A stretch of DNA of 64,000 nt. It comes from the human T2T-CHM13v2.0 reference genome, Homo sapiens. Numbering within the stretch: position 1 is the stretch's first letter; the number at the start of each line of letters is the position of its first letter. Positions 38,036-53,298 of the stretch are shown here, one piece after another. The notes under the pieces were generated by a model. The model was not told the origin of the DNA. It did no database searches and was given only the letters and a program-made list of their open reading frames with translations. The position numbers and the translations under genes were made by a program. The stretch is taken from NCBI RefSeq assembly GCF_009914755.1, contig NC_060932.1, one strand, 5' to 3'.

Positions 38036-38116
38036 CTTGGATACAAGGCTGGCTCTGTATGCTGCGAGTTGCTTCAGGTACTCCTTCTTCGCAGCCTCGG
38101 TTTTCTTTTTATAGAC
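38036..38116 (-). CDS. TOX: TOX exon 6 (81 nt): [30 protein letters not shown]-box helix 3
   Basis: Read manually (not in the ORF track); acceptor TGTTGTTGCAG|GTC and donor AAG|GTAAC; continues the HMG box in frame from exon 5. Confidence 0.96.
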
Positions 38117-41100
38117 CTGCAACAACAGCAAAGAGTCTTAAATTAGAAAGTGCATTTGCTTTTGTTTTCAGAGAAGTACAATATAGAATGATAACTGCAC
38201 ACACAAACACACTTATAGTTATATAATATAATAATATATATCTCCCCAAAGATTGTGTTTTCTTACTGAAACAGATTTTTAAGAAGTATGGCAATAGACT
38301 AGAAAAGAAAAAAAAAGTTAGCAACAGTAAAACTTTACACTTTTACATAAAACATATGAAAGGTTTTATCTGGGTAGATATGAGTGTAGAGGTAGTTGGC
38401 TTACAAAGATACTATTGATGAAGGTTCCCAGGGAAACCACATGTGAGTAAACAAGGCATTCATATTTATATAATGGGCAGATAACTCCACAGCACATTCA
38501 CATCCTGATATATATGTTCCACGCTAAATACAAAAACAAAGACAGAATTTAGAGATGACAAATCATGTTCAATAAGCAAATCAAAGGAAACAGAAGGGAG
38601 AGTGCAGGTTCATCACTGAGTTAAGATTTGGAGCCTTGAAGTTCTATTTTCAAAGACTCAGGAAACAGTGATGGTGATTAAGGACACGTTTGGGAGAGGA
38701 ATGGGAAGCCCAAGTGGCTGTGGATTGCATGCATGCCCTGCCCTGCAGTCCACTCTGGTCACGTCCTTTCCAAGAAAAACACTGGATGTCATGGGTCTGT
38801 GGACACCTCATTTTGAAAAGGTAAAAGTGTTCTGAAATGAATTTCAGTTTACAGAAGCTTTCCATTTCTGAGAGGGAATCATCTTGAAAATAAAAGCAAA
38901 ATCATCCTAAATTGAGCAAAAGTACTGAAAAATGACTTGCTTGTATGCTAAAGGTCACATTGCTAAGTTAAACAGTGAGCAGTCATTAGAGTTGAAAATG
39001 AAAGATTAGCAAAGTGAACACACATGGCTCTCTGCTACCATTAAGTTGATTCTTTCAAGGCTTTAGAGTATATTTTTTGGCAATCTTTTGAAATCAGCCT
39101 GAAAGATCAAAATATTTTTCATCCTTCACTGTGTAAATGGAAATGTATTTTCATTGATACAGCTATTTTAAATTTCCCACATTTTGGATTTTACAGCAGG
39201 GCATAAGGCTTGGCTAATATTTTGTAATGCTGAACTCAAAAACAGACACACAGATCAGTATTGAAAAGTGGCTTCAGAATTAGTCAGAGTAGTTAAATAT
39301 AAATTATGTCTAAAGACCAAATATCTGCCATTTGGCAGCAGGGGTCAATTTATGGTTTCAAATGCTGACTGTGGTTTGCTGAGCCCAACGCCAGCTATGA
39401 AATTCGAGATGTGAGAAATATTGTTTATTCATGAATATTTTAATTAAAGCAGAACATTTTGCTTAAGGTAAACAAATGACTAACCTTGTCAACAGAATTA
39501 TAACAGGACTGTATGAAATGAATGTGCTAATTTTTCTCCTAAAGTGGGGGGCTTCAGCCTTGACTTCTGTATTTGGCATTTTGGTCTAATAAAAGCCAAG
39601 TAAAATAAGGAATTAAGAATTAGTACAATATTATCATATAATCAATGTGCCATCATCCTAAGTATGAAACTAAAGAAACTTTAAAAACTATATTTCAGAG
39701 TTTTTTTTTTTTAAGCACAAAGCCAAGAAATCCTTTGGTTCAAGCACAGGAGTATTCTAAATTTACTGAGTTAATTATTGGAAGTCAAATTCAAATTCTT
39801 TTTTGGAAATTCACACGTGAAAACAAATAAATGCTAAAGTCGAGTAAGTGCCTTTGAACAGTGTGATCTGTGTATATCGTAAGCCTTGGTGCAGCCATGA
39901 AACAGCTCTCCTGCTTTTCATTGATTTATTTTTTTTTGAGAGACAGATTTCTGTTTATAGTTTTTCCTTAAAGCTCTTCTCAAAGACATAATTTATAATT
40001 AATGACCTTAAACTGACAATGTTTACATTTGCTTTTAATACCTCAAAACTTTCAAGAGGGTTTTTCTCCCATACAGATAGAAATCCTATTCAGGACTTTG
40101 AAGCAAACATTTAGTCAATACGTCTTTTATGGTAATGCATTTTTGTATACCCTAAGCATTTCTATCATGCTTTTATTAATATGCTACTCCAAGTGACTCC
40201 CATTCAGCTAACTAGGATGCGTTTTGCTTTCAAAGGCAAATAGAATGCACTTTGGTTCATAGCATTGCCCACAGTGGCATTTTCTAAGTTGTGGCAGATA
40301 AGACAGTATTGCCAGATGGTCTGACTACGGCATCTATCATTTTTCTTTCATTGGTTTCTACTGAAACAGCAACAGTGTGACTACGATGCTATCCCTTTGT
40401 TGAGCTCCTGGCAGTTAACATCACACAAAGTGTTAACTTTCCTGAAATTTGTTGCTTAACAACCAGGGAAGAAAGGTGGCTAACTCCACATGTTTCAGGC
40501 TGCATAGATGCCCCTGGTTTCCCTCCAGAATCGATGTTGTTACGGGATACCTGACTAGCATGCAGAGTCCCCTGTTTTCTACAAATGGCTCCCTATTGGC
40601 TATTGATGATTGGCTATGTGGGATCATCGCATAAGTGCCTAAATACCACTTTAGAAAAGAGTAAACTCATCACGTCACATTACATGGATTGATGGATACA
40701 CTCTTTCCTGAATAGCTGCAGATGTTCAGAGGGAGAATTCAAAGGGGGGTCATTTCAGAAGGTAGATTCCTGTAATTGTGTTGAAAGGGGAGTAGCCTGG
40801 ACCAGAATTAAAATCTGAGGTAGTCTCCTCAACAGTAATTAGCACCTCAATCTTTGAGAACTACCTGATGGCTCCCATTTTGTACACTCTGTATGTCTTT
40901 CTGATGTTACCTTCTAAAATTGGACAAGGATGTTGCTTGAATTCTATATTTAATGGAAATGTCTGAAGAAAGGCCTCAACTATGAATGAATGATAATGAT
41001 ATATAAAAATTCCACATGCAGGTGAAGTAGGGGAAATCCTTTAAAAAAAGATGTTTAAAAATTATCAAAAAAAAATCTCTCAAAAACATTTCAAAGCCTC

Positions 41101-43319
41101 TAATGATAGATAAAGAAAGTCCTCTGCTTGCAGAGAGCAAAGATGTCCCAGCACGGCATTTGGCAATGAACAACCACTGCCATGAGCAAGTGCACAGACC
41201 TTCTAACTGACAAGGATGGGTCTGATTTATGTCAAAGTTCAGTTTAGGAAAGAAATGGTCTCTCACTCTTAGGGAAAGACAAATATTTTAAAGGTATGTG
41301 ATTCATACAGTAAATATTAGTATTTAGTTGAGTTACAAAATGGCTTCCAAATGGTCCACAGCTGTTTGAAATAAAGTACAAAGTTGGCCAGATGAGGATT
41401 TAAAAATCATAATACATCATTTATCATTTTCCCCCACTCATCTAAACACGTTTGAGTTCATCCTGTCCTAACTAAGTTATATGCTGTGGTTTTTATTCCA
41501 AGAAAGCTACCATATCCCATCTAAGGATTGCATCTCAGTGGCTAAACTAAAACATATATAATGGCTAAACTAAAACATACGTAGATAGTCATCAAATAGC
41601 AATTCTAGAGAACCCAAATCCTGTCACATGATCTAGTGATTCACTGAGGCATTTTTGAAATGCTCTAAATACCAGCATATACACGTTTTCATACGCTTAT
41701 AATCCCTAATTGAAATCAGCAGTTCAATATCAACGATATGACAAACTCAAACAGAAAAAATTTCCCATACAATCTGTCATTTTCCTTTTACTTTCTGCTT
41801 CTTCCCTAAACAAACAATCCATCCAGCTCATATAGAAAAGCAAAATCTTATAAATACCATTTAATTCCTTCTTCCTTCCTTCTTTTCTGCTCTGGCCCTT
41901 AGTTAATCTCTAGTCATAGTTTATTTTAACAGTCTTTACAATAATAAGAAGAAAAAATGTAAAATTCTTCCAATTCTGGATTCTATCCAAAAACTAAAGG
42001 CATTCTTCATTCTGGGTAAGTTCAAATGTCGTTTTTCCCACTACTATTTCATATTTATAGAAAATCCTTAGAAATGCATAAGGATTTAGAATTTAACCAC
42101 AATTCCCTGCAATATTTTTTAGAAATTTAAAATTTTCAGCTTCTTTCAAGGCTGTTGTTATTTAGGTCAGTTAGAGCAAGTGCATCTATATTTTATATAG
42201 AACTTAGTCCATTTAACTTAATGGTTAAATGTCCATCTTGTATAACTCGCTCAGCATTTTCTTAGGCTCCAAGGCCTTCACAAAGTGGTATTCAGAGGAT
42301 TGAAAACATTATACAATGTGACAAACATCTTGCTATGGATTCCTTTTGAGGACTGTCTGACCCACGTAAATGGTCTCAGCAACACCGGTTTGACCTGTTT
42401 CTGGAATGGTAAGAATCCGAACCGAGGTCCTTGCCTGAAAAAATGGCTACAAAATACATATCTGTTGATTTATTAAATGAAGGTCACTAAGGAAAGTATG
42501 ATGCTGTTCAGTTATGCTTACCAATCTATTGAGTGCCCAGTATGTGCCTACTGTGGTGTGAGGCACCGATGTTATAAAATTAAAATCAAAAAGTCATTAA
42601 AAATTACGCCTCCATTGTGTGCATTTTGCGGATCATGCACTCTATATATTACCTCTAATTCTTTCAATAAAAATGTTGCATTGGCATAATGAATATGGGA
42701 TAATCCCCGTTTTGCAGATAAGAAAACAGACTAGAATGGGTAATTATTTTACCTAATATATTAGAACAGGTATATGGTAAAACCATGGTGTGAATAAAAT
42801 GAGTCTGGTGTCAAATGTTCCATCTTTCTTTGCTCAATGGTTTGTCCTAGCCATGAGAACTCCTTTTGATTCTTCTCTCAAGACATACAACTGCAAGGCC
42901 TGGTCTCTTTTGTTCACTGCTGAAGCCCCAGCATGCTTGGAACATAGTAGGTGCTCATGAAATATTTATTGAGCATCTAATCCATGGTCTCAGGTTTCTC
43001 CTTCTATGAATCAGCATTAGCATGTGTGCTAAGGATGAAACTGAACTGCATGTTCTAAATTACAATGTACATCAATGGAAACAGTGGACTGATATACAGG
43101 TATACAATCCACCCAAACATGTTTTTCAATTATAGATAAAGCACAACAGACTTGAAGGAGTATTATGTTTAAATTATTTTCCTGCCAACATCATGGAAAA
43201 TTTCAAATGAAACGTCTGCTTCCATGGTCTCTGAGCGTATGAATATTTGTATATGTGTAAAACAAATGCTTATGCCCATAAAGGCATGTAAGAATCACAT
43301 TTATATACCAATAATTGTA

Positions 43320-43440
43320 TATGTGGATATATATAATATATGTAATATATATAATATATGTAATATATAATATATGTAATATATGTAATATATATATAAT
43401 ATATGTAATATGTATATAATATATGTAATATATATATAAA
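43320..43440. repeat. AT-rich low-complexity repeat of ATATGTAAT/ATATAAT units
   Basis: Direct reading; explains spurious ORF 43203-43469. Confidence 0.9.
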
Positions 43441-46400
43441 TACCTGAATTTTACAAGTATGCTCACCATTTCATATAATAATTTTCATTGCTCAGTTTCA
43501 AATTTGTGTGAATATGGACGGACTTTGCTTACATTCTACAGTTTTTAAGTGAGCAACTGTTTTACATATCCTTCACTCCTAGTTTTTAAAAAATTGGGAA
43601 AATGCTTAATGTTTATAAGAAAATGGCCAAGATAAACACATGTGTGAATGTTACAGTGCGACAGGATTTTAGTTAACCTTAAGTATTGTTGACATAAAAA
43701 TCCAAATTTTATCAGAAGATAAAGGGGAAAAAGAAACCCCAACAGCATTATGTAGTGGGTGTCTGAGCACCAATGAGGAGGAAATGATTTGATTCTGTGG
43801 GCTCAGAGGATTTGTCAGCTGCCTCATAAGTATAATTCTGGCTCTTCATATCCCTGCTGCTTCTAATTTAGCAGGACAGGCTCATAATTGAAGCAAATTA
43901 ACTATTTACACTTGCCACTTCTACCAGGGAAGAGGACACAGCAGCAGGAAAGAATGAGTAGGAAATTACATTCTTCCCACTTGTGTCAGATCTGCCCTTA
44001 TATAAACACATTAACAGTAATTTCACGAGGCGTCAAACATAGGAATAAATACTGAGGAATAAAATAATGAGGTGTTGCTATTGAGCTGAACTGCTATGGC
44101 TAATATCCTTGGATATGAATTATGCATCCTGAAAGAAGGCATATGTTAACAGTATTCAAACAGTTTCCCTGCAAGTGAGATCTGCTCATTAGGTTCTGGA
44201 TCTCTAGGTAAATCCACTCTCCTCTTCCACGACAGGGCTAGCATTTACAAAAATACACTCTGGGTACCGTGGGCTGTGGTTTCTCCTGAATACACTAAAC
44301 TCTGAATAGGCTTTCCACTCCATTTTTAGCAAAACAGCATGTTTATTTAGCTCTTTGGCTGCAGCTTTAAAGCCATTTAATGTAATGTAAACAAGAACAT
44401 TTTGTTTGTAATTTGCTAAATGTCTTACAGCCCGACTGTGTCTCCAATTAGGAACTTAAGGTTCATTTAGTAATTTACATCTGGTTCTGATTTAAGGTGA
44501 CTTTCCTTTTTCACTTAAGAGCCGGCTTGCCGTGGCTAAAAAGGACCCAAGAACACTTTATAGCTCTTTGGACCAACCCTTTCTGCTTCAAAGCGGGACG
44601 AGCTCTTTTATTTTGTAGGGTTTTATTTGTTCTATATTGTCACTGTGAACCCAGGTCCTCCACTACAATGACCAGAATCAGAGAGTTCAGAAATAATGGA
44701 GGTAAACAGGAAATTTAGCTGGAACCTCATAAAAAAGATGCTGAGGGTTGCTCAAACTCCTAGGATCCTAATACAAAGGGTGTGATATTGTTAACTTATT
44801 TTTCTTTCTCTGCAGGTTCCAGTCCGTGAAAGATAAGTAGCAGAGACCAACATCACAGCAATACTTATGTTTTATTTCCTTCTCCATCTGGTGCATTTTA
44901 AACAACTTAGTATGCTTCTGAAATGGGCTCTCCATTGTCTTACGAGTCATTAGCATTTAAAACCCCCGGTTGGAATCCCAAACACAATTCTGCTCCCATT
45001 CCAGATTCAGTACCATCTTCCAAAGTATTAAAATGGGGAGATCTCTGATATGTGGAGTTTGTTCAGTGGCTTTGGTAGGAATGATTCATAAGGGAGGTTT
45101 TGTGTTCCTTGAGGATTTTTATCGCTTCTTTCAGCTTCCTTTTGATTTCTCTTCTTTGAAAGATTCTTCACAGAAACCAAAGTACATATTGTTTCTCACT
45201 CACCATGGATTCTGAAAATAAAGATCTGCCCTTCTGCAGTGGCTTCTTACTCCCGCCTATACTCCACAATGAGGAAGCATGTGATATAAACACACAGCAG
45301 CTCTATTAGTCATGTTCCCTCTGGCTGTCAAGAAAACATGCAATTGTAATCTCACTAATAGCCGTTTTTCCTTAAATATTGTAATTTTCTGAGGCCCCCA
45401 ATAAGTCATCAATAATTTTGACCATTTTTCCCAGTTTGTGTTTATATTTGTAGCTGTTCATAATTGTGGGCTATGATGACAACAGGATTTTGGAACAATT
45501 GTGGCACATGAAATCTTAGCCTTCCACCGGAACCAGCTGCCTACACAATGCCAACAGCATCACATGGTTGGTTCTGTAACATGCATATTTGTCCAAAATT
45601 TTGAATTTTAATAGTCTGCCTCGAATCTGCTCCAGGAACGTTCTTTTAAAAATACATAGCAGTATGTGTGTTCCCCAACTTGAATATTAAATGAGAACAA
45701 AACACAATTAATTTAAGCTTGAAACGGAGATATTATAGTATGTTGGCACAATGAGTTAACATAAAGGGAGAGAACAGGTGGTAATCTACTGTTATAACAC
45801 TTTGGGATATTTTGCTGAAATTTTCTGGATGCCCAAATGTGCATTTCAGGCAGGCACGTTTGCTCTGCCGATGACTCTAGCAAACTGCTAGAGAAGGGCT
45901 GCTGTGGAGCAGCAGAGCGGTGGCCCAGCCGGTGCAATGTGCTCCCTTTTGTAAGCAGCGTCTGATTTCATTAATTTGACCCTCTCCCTGCTTGGTTCTG
46001 GCACAGGCCTGCATCCAACGTGTGTCCTACACCATACCTTTAGGCATAATCTGCAGCCTCACTCTCTTGGTTAAGCAAGATCATCTTTTAGGTTCACATG
46101 ATAGGTTATGTTGAACTTCTGTGAAGTCAAAGGAGCATACAGCATGGGGACAAATCATTTTAGAGTGACCAAAACTGTTTTAGTCATCCCAAGGCCTTGT
46201 TTTGGTAACTCTTAAACAAGTGTTCAAATTTTAAAACATTTACTTTTGTAAGATAAAAAAATTTATTTCTCTCAATCTTGGCATAATTGTTTTGGCAACT
46301 GGATTTTGATTGAGAAACTGCTTTATGATACCAAATGATTTATATAAGTCAACTATTATATAATTTTATCCTTTATAAAATGAATTTGCTCCCCCAAACC

Positions 46401-49294
46401 CTATTTTCATTGAGAGACAACCCAAAGGTAGACTCATTACAAGTTACTTACTAAACTAGGCAACATATGAAACCTACAAAAGAGAAACATACAAAAGAGA
46501 AAGAGAAAAATATTTGCCATCATATATATACAATTAAAAAGCCTTGCACATAATTGTAATTATATCCACATTAGGGAGACCAGCCTCGATTCTGAATGCC
46601 AGAATGGGAAAATGGGAGTGATTTCCCTTTTTAACATGACAGTTGAGAGTAGTGAATCTCATATTTTTGGGGTCTGTAAATAACTTTGATGGTTAGACAA
46701 AATGAATGCAAAATGCTATCTTAATATTCTCCTCTTGCTATATTAAAAATAAAAAGCCTTAGTGTTATAGAATTAGCGGGAAGAAATCTGCAGCCTGATA
46801 TTTACTGCCTTGAGGAACTATCTGATTTTCATCATAAGAACATTATTCTTTTCCATCAGAAACATGAGAACAGGGATTTATTTTTTAATATTGACAATGT
46901 AAAGAACCAATCGTGGGCTAGGGAGTGCCTTTGCAGACCTCCCTCTTTAGAAATCACTGCTCTTGAATATGGAAAATGATTAGGAAAATGTAACTGGGGT
47001 CAGAGGACAGATAAGAGAAGTAAGGTGAGTGGCAGAGCAGGCGATTGATGTTTCCAGAAATGAAGAGTTTGGCAAAGTAGACACTAAAGAGGCACAAACG
47101 AGCCTTGAAACAATACTCCTAGTTCAGTCACTAAGTCTTAGGTAGGGAAGAGGGGCTGAGCCTTCACGGGGGAATCATGTGTCTTCAGATGAACAAGAAT
47201 TGCTGTACCCAATCCCTAGGGAAGGGAATTGCTTTTGGGATGCTTTCTTCAGGAAATTTTGTCTCACAAAGCAACAAAGTTTATGGTACTGAAGCCAGGT
47301 GCATATTCAAGAACACACAGAGGGCTTACTGGAGGAGACAGCGAGCTATGTCTTCATATGTGGCGTCATGGGTGGAGCAGGGAGGCATTAAGGTGACATT
47401 AAGGGAACAGGGAGGGGGTTGGGATTGCTGGTTGGAATACACTTAGTTTCTCATTCAGTGAGGCTCTGCTGAGTGGAGAAGTCAAGTCACTGTAGAATTC
47501 ACCCTGATTGTCCAACATCAGTTGGGAACCACACCTCAGGTTTGGCAGGGTGAGAGCAAACTGACCCAAGTTAGAATAGAAACTAGCTTTAAAATTCTGC
47601 AACAATATGTTAGGTTTCGATTAGAATCCCATAATACAATGTCAACTACCCTCTTATGGTGAGTGGGTATTTTAATTGAGTGTACAGAGAACGTTTTGGT
47701 GGTGTGTTTCCTGTTCTTAAAGAAAACTCTTGCAACACAGAGCTCCATATGGCAGGCCTGTGCTTTCCTAGGACAGCACTCCTTCAGGCTGGCAATCTTG
47801 AAAAGGACGTAGGGAAATACGTAGAGATTTCAGATTCTAGAAGACAGCTTTGACTTACAGAAAAGAGAGAATGGAGGGACCTGGAAGAGCAAGTTCTATG
47901 TTTCCTTAGCAACTGGTTTTGTCATTATCCCCATCATTAATTTCATAGGGTTTGTTAGGAAAAGCATTGTAAGTTGAGTGACAAGTTTTATTCATGGTAA
48001 TTCTAGGTACCAGGCATGTAACTGTAGATAAATTATTCAACACAATGGGGGTCTGTTTGTCTTATTCTCTGTTCTATCCTCAGTGCCCAGAACAGTGCCT
48101 GGCACATAAGTGCTCAACAAATATTTGTTGAATAAATGAATGAATTTAATTTATATGGCCCCATTTTGTAATCTGCAAAATTTGGGTAATAATTTCCCTG
48201 TATATCTATGAGTATTGAGTAGAACAAATCAAATAAATAATGCAAAAGTGCTTTTAAAACTATAAGACACTATATACTTTATAGATGTTAATATATAATA
48301 TAAACACAATATATAGATCCTTCTAGATGCATAAATAAGTGTGGGCTTTTCTGTATTTATATAATTCCTGGACATAATGAGGAAAGATTGGTGTCTCTAA
48401 TTAAGAATAAAATATGAGACTAGTTCATCATTAATGCAATTCAGTATTCTGCAATGGCTAAAACTGCACCTACACAGTTATTTCAATCACTTATTTTAAT
48501 GAAAATGCTTTTAAATTTTTCTTTGTGATGCTGAGATTTTTAGATGGTGACCATGGCCATCTAGTTCCTGGTTTAGAAATGTGGGATCAACATTGCTTCT
48601 TTGCTTAGGTTGGCTCCATCCTCTCACTGAACCCTCACTCTGTGACTCCAATCCTCTTTAAGACCTTCTGAGCTATTTATGCTGTGTCCGTGGTATCTCA
48701 CGTGGCCTTCCCTGAGCATGGTCCTCAGTCACACCAGGGCAATACATGAGAGAAGGAAAAAACCAGGCATCTGGTCCCATTTAACACAGCCTAAAAATAT
48801 GGTGTAAATACATTTGGGGGATTGAATAACAGCCCCTGGCGGTCTTTAAGGAATGGCTAGGGGCGGAAACCCTTGAATTTGAGGTTCATTTAGCAAAGAG
48901 CAAAGAGGGTTTTGATGACAAAATGGTAAATAGTAAGTGCTGAAAAGAGGTGTGGACAGTTTTCAAAATACTTTTAGGACTTTTTTTTCAGTCTTTATGT
49001 TCACATTGGCAACATTAAGGAATAAGGCAATCCTGTCTGAGATATGTAAAAGTGCTTCCAAAAGTAACTAAACTATATAAACTTTGAAACAAAGGAATCA
49101 ACATGCTATTTATGGAGGAGTAATAAAGGAGCATAACATTATGTGAACGTCTCAGAAAGTCTGGTTCGGATGGGGACACCTTCTCAGCGTCTGTTCTGGG
49201 ATCTAAAGAATTTACCCCAAGCCCTGGGAGGCCATTTCTTCAGACTGCACAATCTCAGCTTATGTAGATTCCCATTCCACTGGGAATCCCTTAC

Positions 49295-49525
49295 CTGTTT
49301 TTGCTCTTCTCCTAAACCGTCCCACATTGAAGCCACAATTTTAGAGACTTCGCCAAAGGTAGCGTTTGGATTTTGGCCCTTGATGGCGGCCTGAGTATCA
49401 CGAAAGAATAACGCATAGGCAGACACAGGCTTCTGGGGCTCATTGGGATCCTTCTTCTTCTTCTTTTTGGGAGTTTTTGGTTTTTTCCCCATATCAGAGG
49501 CAGGCCGCTTCTCTCCACCATTGAT
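49295..49525 (-). CDS. TOX: TOX exon 5 (231 nt): [77 protein letters not shown] (NLS and HMG-box helices 1-2)
   Basis: Acceptor TTTCTCTTTCAG|ATC and donor CAG|GTAAGG; TOX-family HMG-box signature. Confidence 0.98.
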
Positions 49526-49829
49526 CTGAAAGAGAAATCAAAATAGAATTATAGGGGGACTGAGACAATTTGGGGACAAGACATATCGTTGTTTTCCTTT
49601 GAGACTTAGACACATACCCATTCACATCACTCAAACACAGGCTTTTCTAAGGGACACATTGTTTTGTTATTTTTTTTTCCCAGATGAAACTGCATATTTC
49701 AAGTAGTCTTCATATTCATCCTACTCCCAACTTTACTCACCTAGCTTTGAAAAAAGTTGGCTCTTTTTATATTATTACACTATTAAATACAACCCCTTAA
49801 CATTCCTAACTTTTTCTCTTACACTGTAA

Positions 49830-50567
<738 letters not shown>

Positions 50568-51689
50568 CTCCAGAAATTAGATTCTAGAGAGTTCTAGAAA
50601 AGGTTTTTACTCAATTTAAGAGTAGATTCTATTTTCTCCCATGTTCCTAAAGTATGAATATTTTGATAATTTTAATTGTTATTCTGATACAACTGGGAAA
50701 AAACACATTGAACATATTTAAGATGGCTGCATTTGAATATTATCTTTGTTACTAACTAGATGTGATATCAATTCATCCACCTCTAAAATAAAGCATTTTG
50801 GATAGGATTTCTTTCCGGCTCTAAAATTATATGAGTCTACATGAATACAAAATAGGGCTGCATCTGAAGGATTCAATTTCCACATGCCTTGCCCCCTAAC
50901 GAAGTGTCAATGCAGCTTCTGTACCCTCACCTTCTATTGTGGTGGTTGTAGTTGCCTTCTCTCTGCAGATATAATGTAATATGTATCTTATTTAGACAAA
51001 TTCCTAGATGGGATATTTGTGTAAAATAACTGCCACCATTGGAGATGAAGCATGATGTACAGAGAGGTCTGTGGATATGATTTCAGAGGAACTCGCTTCA
51101 TGCCTTCTTTTTATTATTTTTAGCTGTTACCTTGGTTAAATTAATTTCTCCGGGCCTCTGTTTCCTCTAGTGAAAACCAGGTATGGTGCCATTTTATAAT
51201 GACTAAGATGGTATATATTTATATATGTGTAGAAGTTTAAAAGCGTATTCAAATATCAATTATGACAAGGTATAAACTTTCAAAATAATTCACTGAATGG
51301 GTGGATGGAAAATACTTTAATATTAATATGTGATACCTTATAATCAGTATGAAAGATATACCTAAGCACCGAAAAGAGATAAGCAAAAGCTAAGTGATTT
51401 CTTTGTCTTTGTCTTTATTGAGAAACCTATTAAAAAGAATATCATTCTGAAATTGTCTACTGAAGCAGATCAAAGAACCCCAGGGGGACAGGATGCTGTG
51501 AACCAAGTTGACAAGCTAATGTAGATTAACACTAGATGATAACTTCCCTGAGATGGATCAGAGAGGTGATCCTGTGAAGTCACTGGCCACCATGTAAATC
51601 TGTCAGAGACTCAGCATGTCTGGTGCTTGATATTCGACAAACTGGCATAACAATGCTATATTAAAACACATAGGCATATATATGACCTA

Positions 51690-51815
51690 GAATGGTGCTC
51701 CTCAAACATGGCTGCACATTAGAGTCACCTGGTCAGCTTTTAATACCCTGATGTCCAAGTCTTACCCTACACAGATTAAAGCAGATGCCTATGGGTGGGA
51801 GACTGGCCTCAGTCA
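51690..51815. mobile_element. MER5A-like fragment
   Basis: CTCAAACATGGCTGCACATTAGAGTCACCTGG...ATACCCTGATG. Confidence 0.6.
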
Positions 51816-52019
51816 CACCCTCTGAACTCTTCCAACTGGCATTTTGATATCTTGAGAGACAAAACAAACAAGCAAAATTTTTCTGTGCCCCAAGGCTACC
51901 TATGGCCATATTTTTCTCCTTTTCACAACCAAACTCCTCCAAGTGGTTGGCTGTGCTGGCCTGATGCAGCCTCTGCAACCTACTTCCGTGTGCTTTCCTG
52001 TCGATTAGCTCTCAATTAG

Positions 52020-52605
52020 ATCTCCACTGGCCACACTGCTGAATCCAGTGGATGCTTGATGCTTGAGTCTCCCCCTTACCTGATTCTCACTGTGAGGGCC
52101 CTCTCTCCCACTGGTTCCCTGACACCACCCTCTCTGAGTTTTACTCCTACCTCACTGGCCCTTGATGTTTCCAGAATCATTTTAGGGTCATCCTTTTCCA
52201 CCTGGCCATTAATTGGTAGCGATTCCTGATTTGTTTTGCAGTAAACTCCCTTCTCTTGTGAGTGTACTTAGGTAATCTCACATGTAAGCAGGGTTTCCAT
52301 TACTATTTGTGGGTGGATGGTGGTCAAGTTCATGTTTCCCTTGAGTTTTGCACACACAGAAACAACTGTTATTTGACATCTCTATTTGCAAGTCTCAAAG
52401 ATATTTCAAACTTAAGTCAAGCTTATTTAGCTCTGTATATTTCCATTCATAGCACGTATCAAGCTTGTAATTACACAATAATGTATGTGGTTGTTAGATC
52501 TACTCCTGTTCGTGTGTAGGCACTATGAAGGCAGGGGTTGGGCCTGGTTTTGCCCACTAGCACGTATCATGGTCCCTGATACGTAGTAAATGCTTAACGT
52601 TTGTT
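52020..52605 (+). mobile_element. LINE-2 fragment, approximate
   Basis: GCTGAATCCAGTGG...GACACCACCCTCTC...TGAAGGCAGGGG...ACGTAGTAAATGCTTAA. Confidence 0.6.
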
Positions 52606-52744
52606 ATAGTAGTAATAAAAATATTAATGCAAAATGATAATATTTTGTAAACATGGCCACTCTTACATTCACAATCATAAAATATTTATTTAAAAGGAGA
52701 CAAAAGGAGTCAACAAGGTCCACAATGAAGAATATTAAAGATAG

Positions 52745-53031
52745 AGTGGTCAAGGGTACAGACTTTCAGTTATAAGATGAATAAGTTCTGGGGATCTAAC
52801 ATACAGCACAATGACTATAGTTAGTACTGTGTTGTACACTTGAAATTTGTTAAGAGAGTAGGTTTTAAGCGTTCTCATTTTAAAAAAAGTGACTAGGTGA
52901 GGTGACAGATAGGTTAATTAGTTTATTGTGGTAATCATTTCATGACGTACACATATATCAAAACATCACATTGTACACTTTAAATACATACAATTTTATT
53001 TGTCAATTATACCTCAATAAAGCTGCAAAAA
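52745..53031 (+). mobile_element. L1M (L1MA9/MB-like) 3' end
   Basis: GGGTACAGACTTTCAGTTATAAGATGAATAAGTTCTGGGGATCTAA...TTGTCAATTATACCTCAATAAAGCTG. Confidence 0.85.
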
Positions 53032-53298
53032 GAGTAATCCTCATATTTCATCAACGATTGAGAGAAATTGGGAACAAAGTACAGAAATAAATGAATGCTT
53101 ATTCATATGGAATATTACCTAGACTCATTTTAAATTTTAATTAAAAAATTAATGATCTGACACATTGAAATCTCCATGATTACAGATTATATCAATCTTT
53201 CTGGAAAATAATCAAATGTCAATCATAGAGATAAATTTCCTATCATGCAATTTAAATGCTCTTATTAAAAGATTTCCCCACATTATTTAAATAGTTTT

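Noticed and set aside
39325-39350. Possible CTCF motif TGGCAGCAGGGGTCA
   Set aside because: Mismatches at key core positions and no CpG context; much weaker than 19303-19315.
43203-43469. 88-aa Tyr/Ile-rich ORF
   Set aside because: Product of the AT-rich low-complexity repeat.
48114-48131. 18-bp perfect palindrome TCAACAAATATTTGTTGA
   Set aside because: Lies in an ordinary LINE-2 3' tail, where near-palindromes of this type are common.
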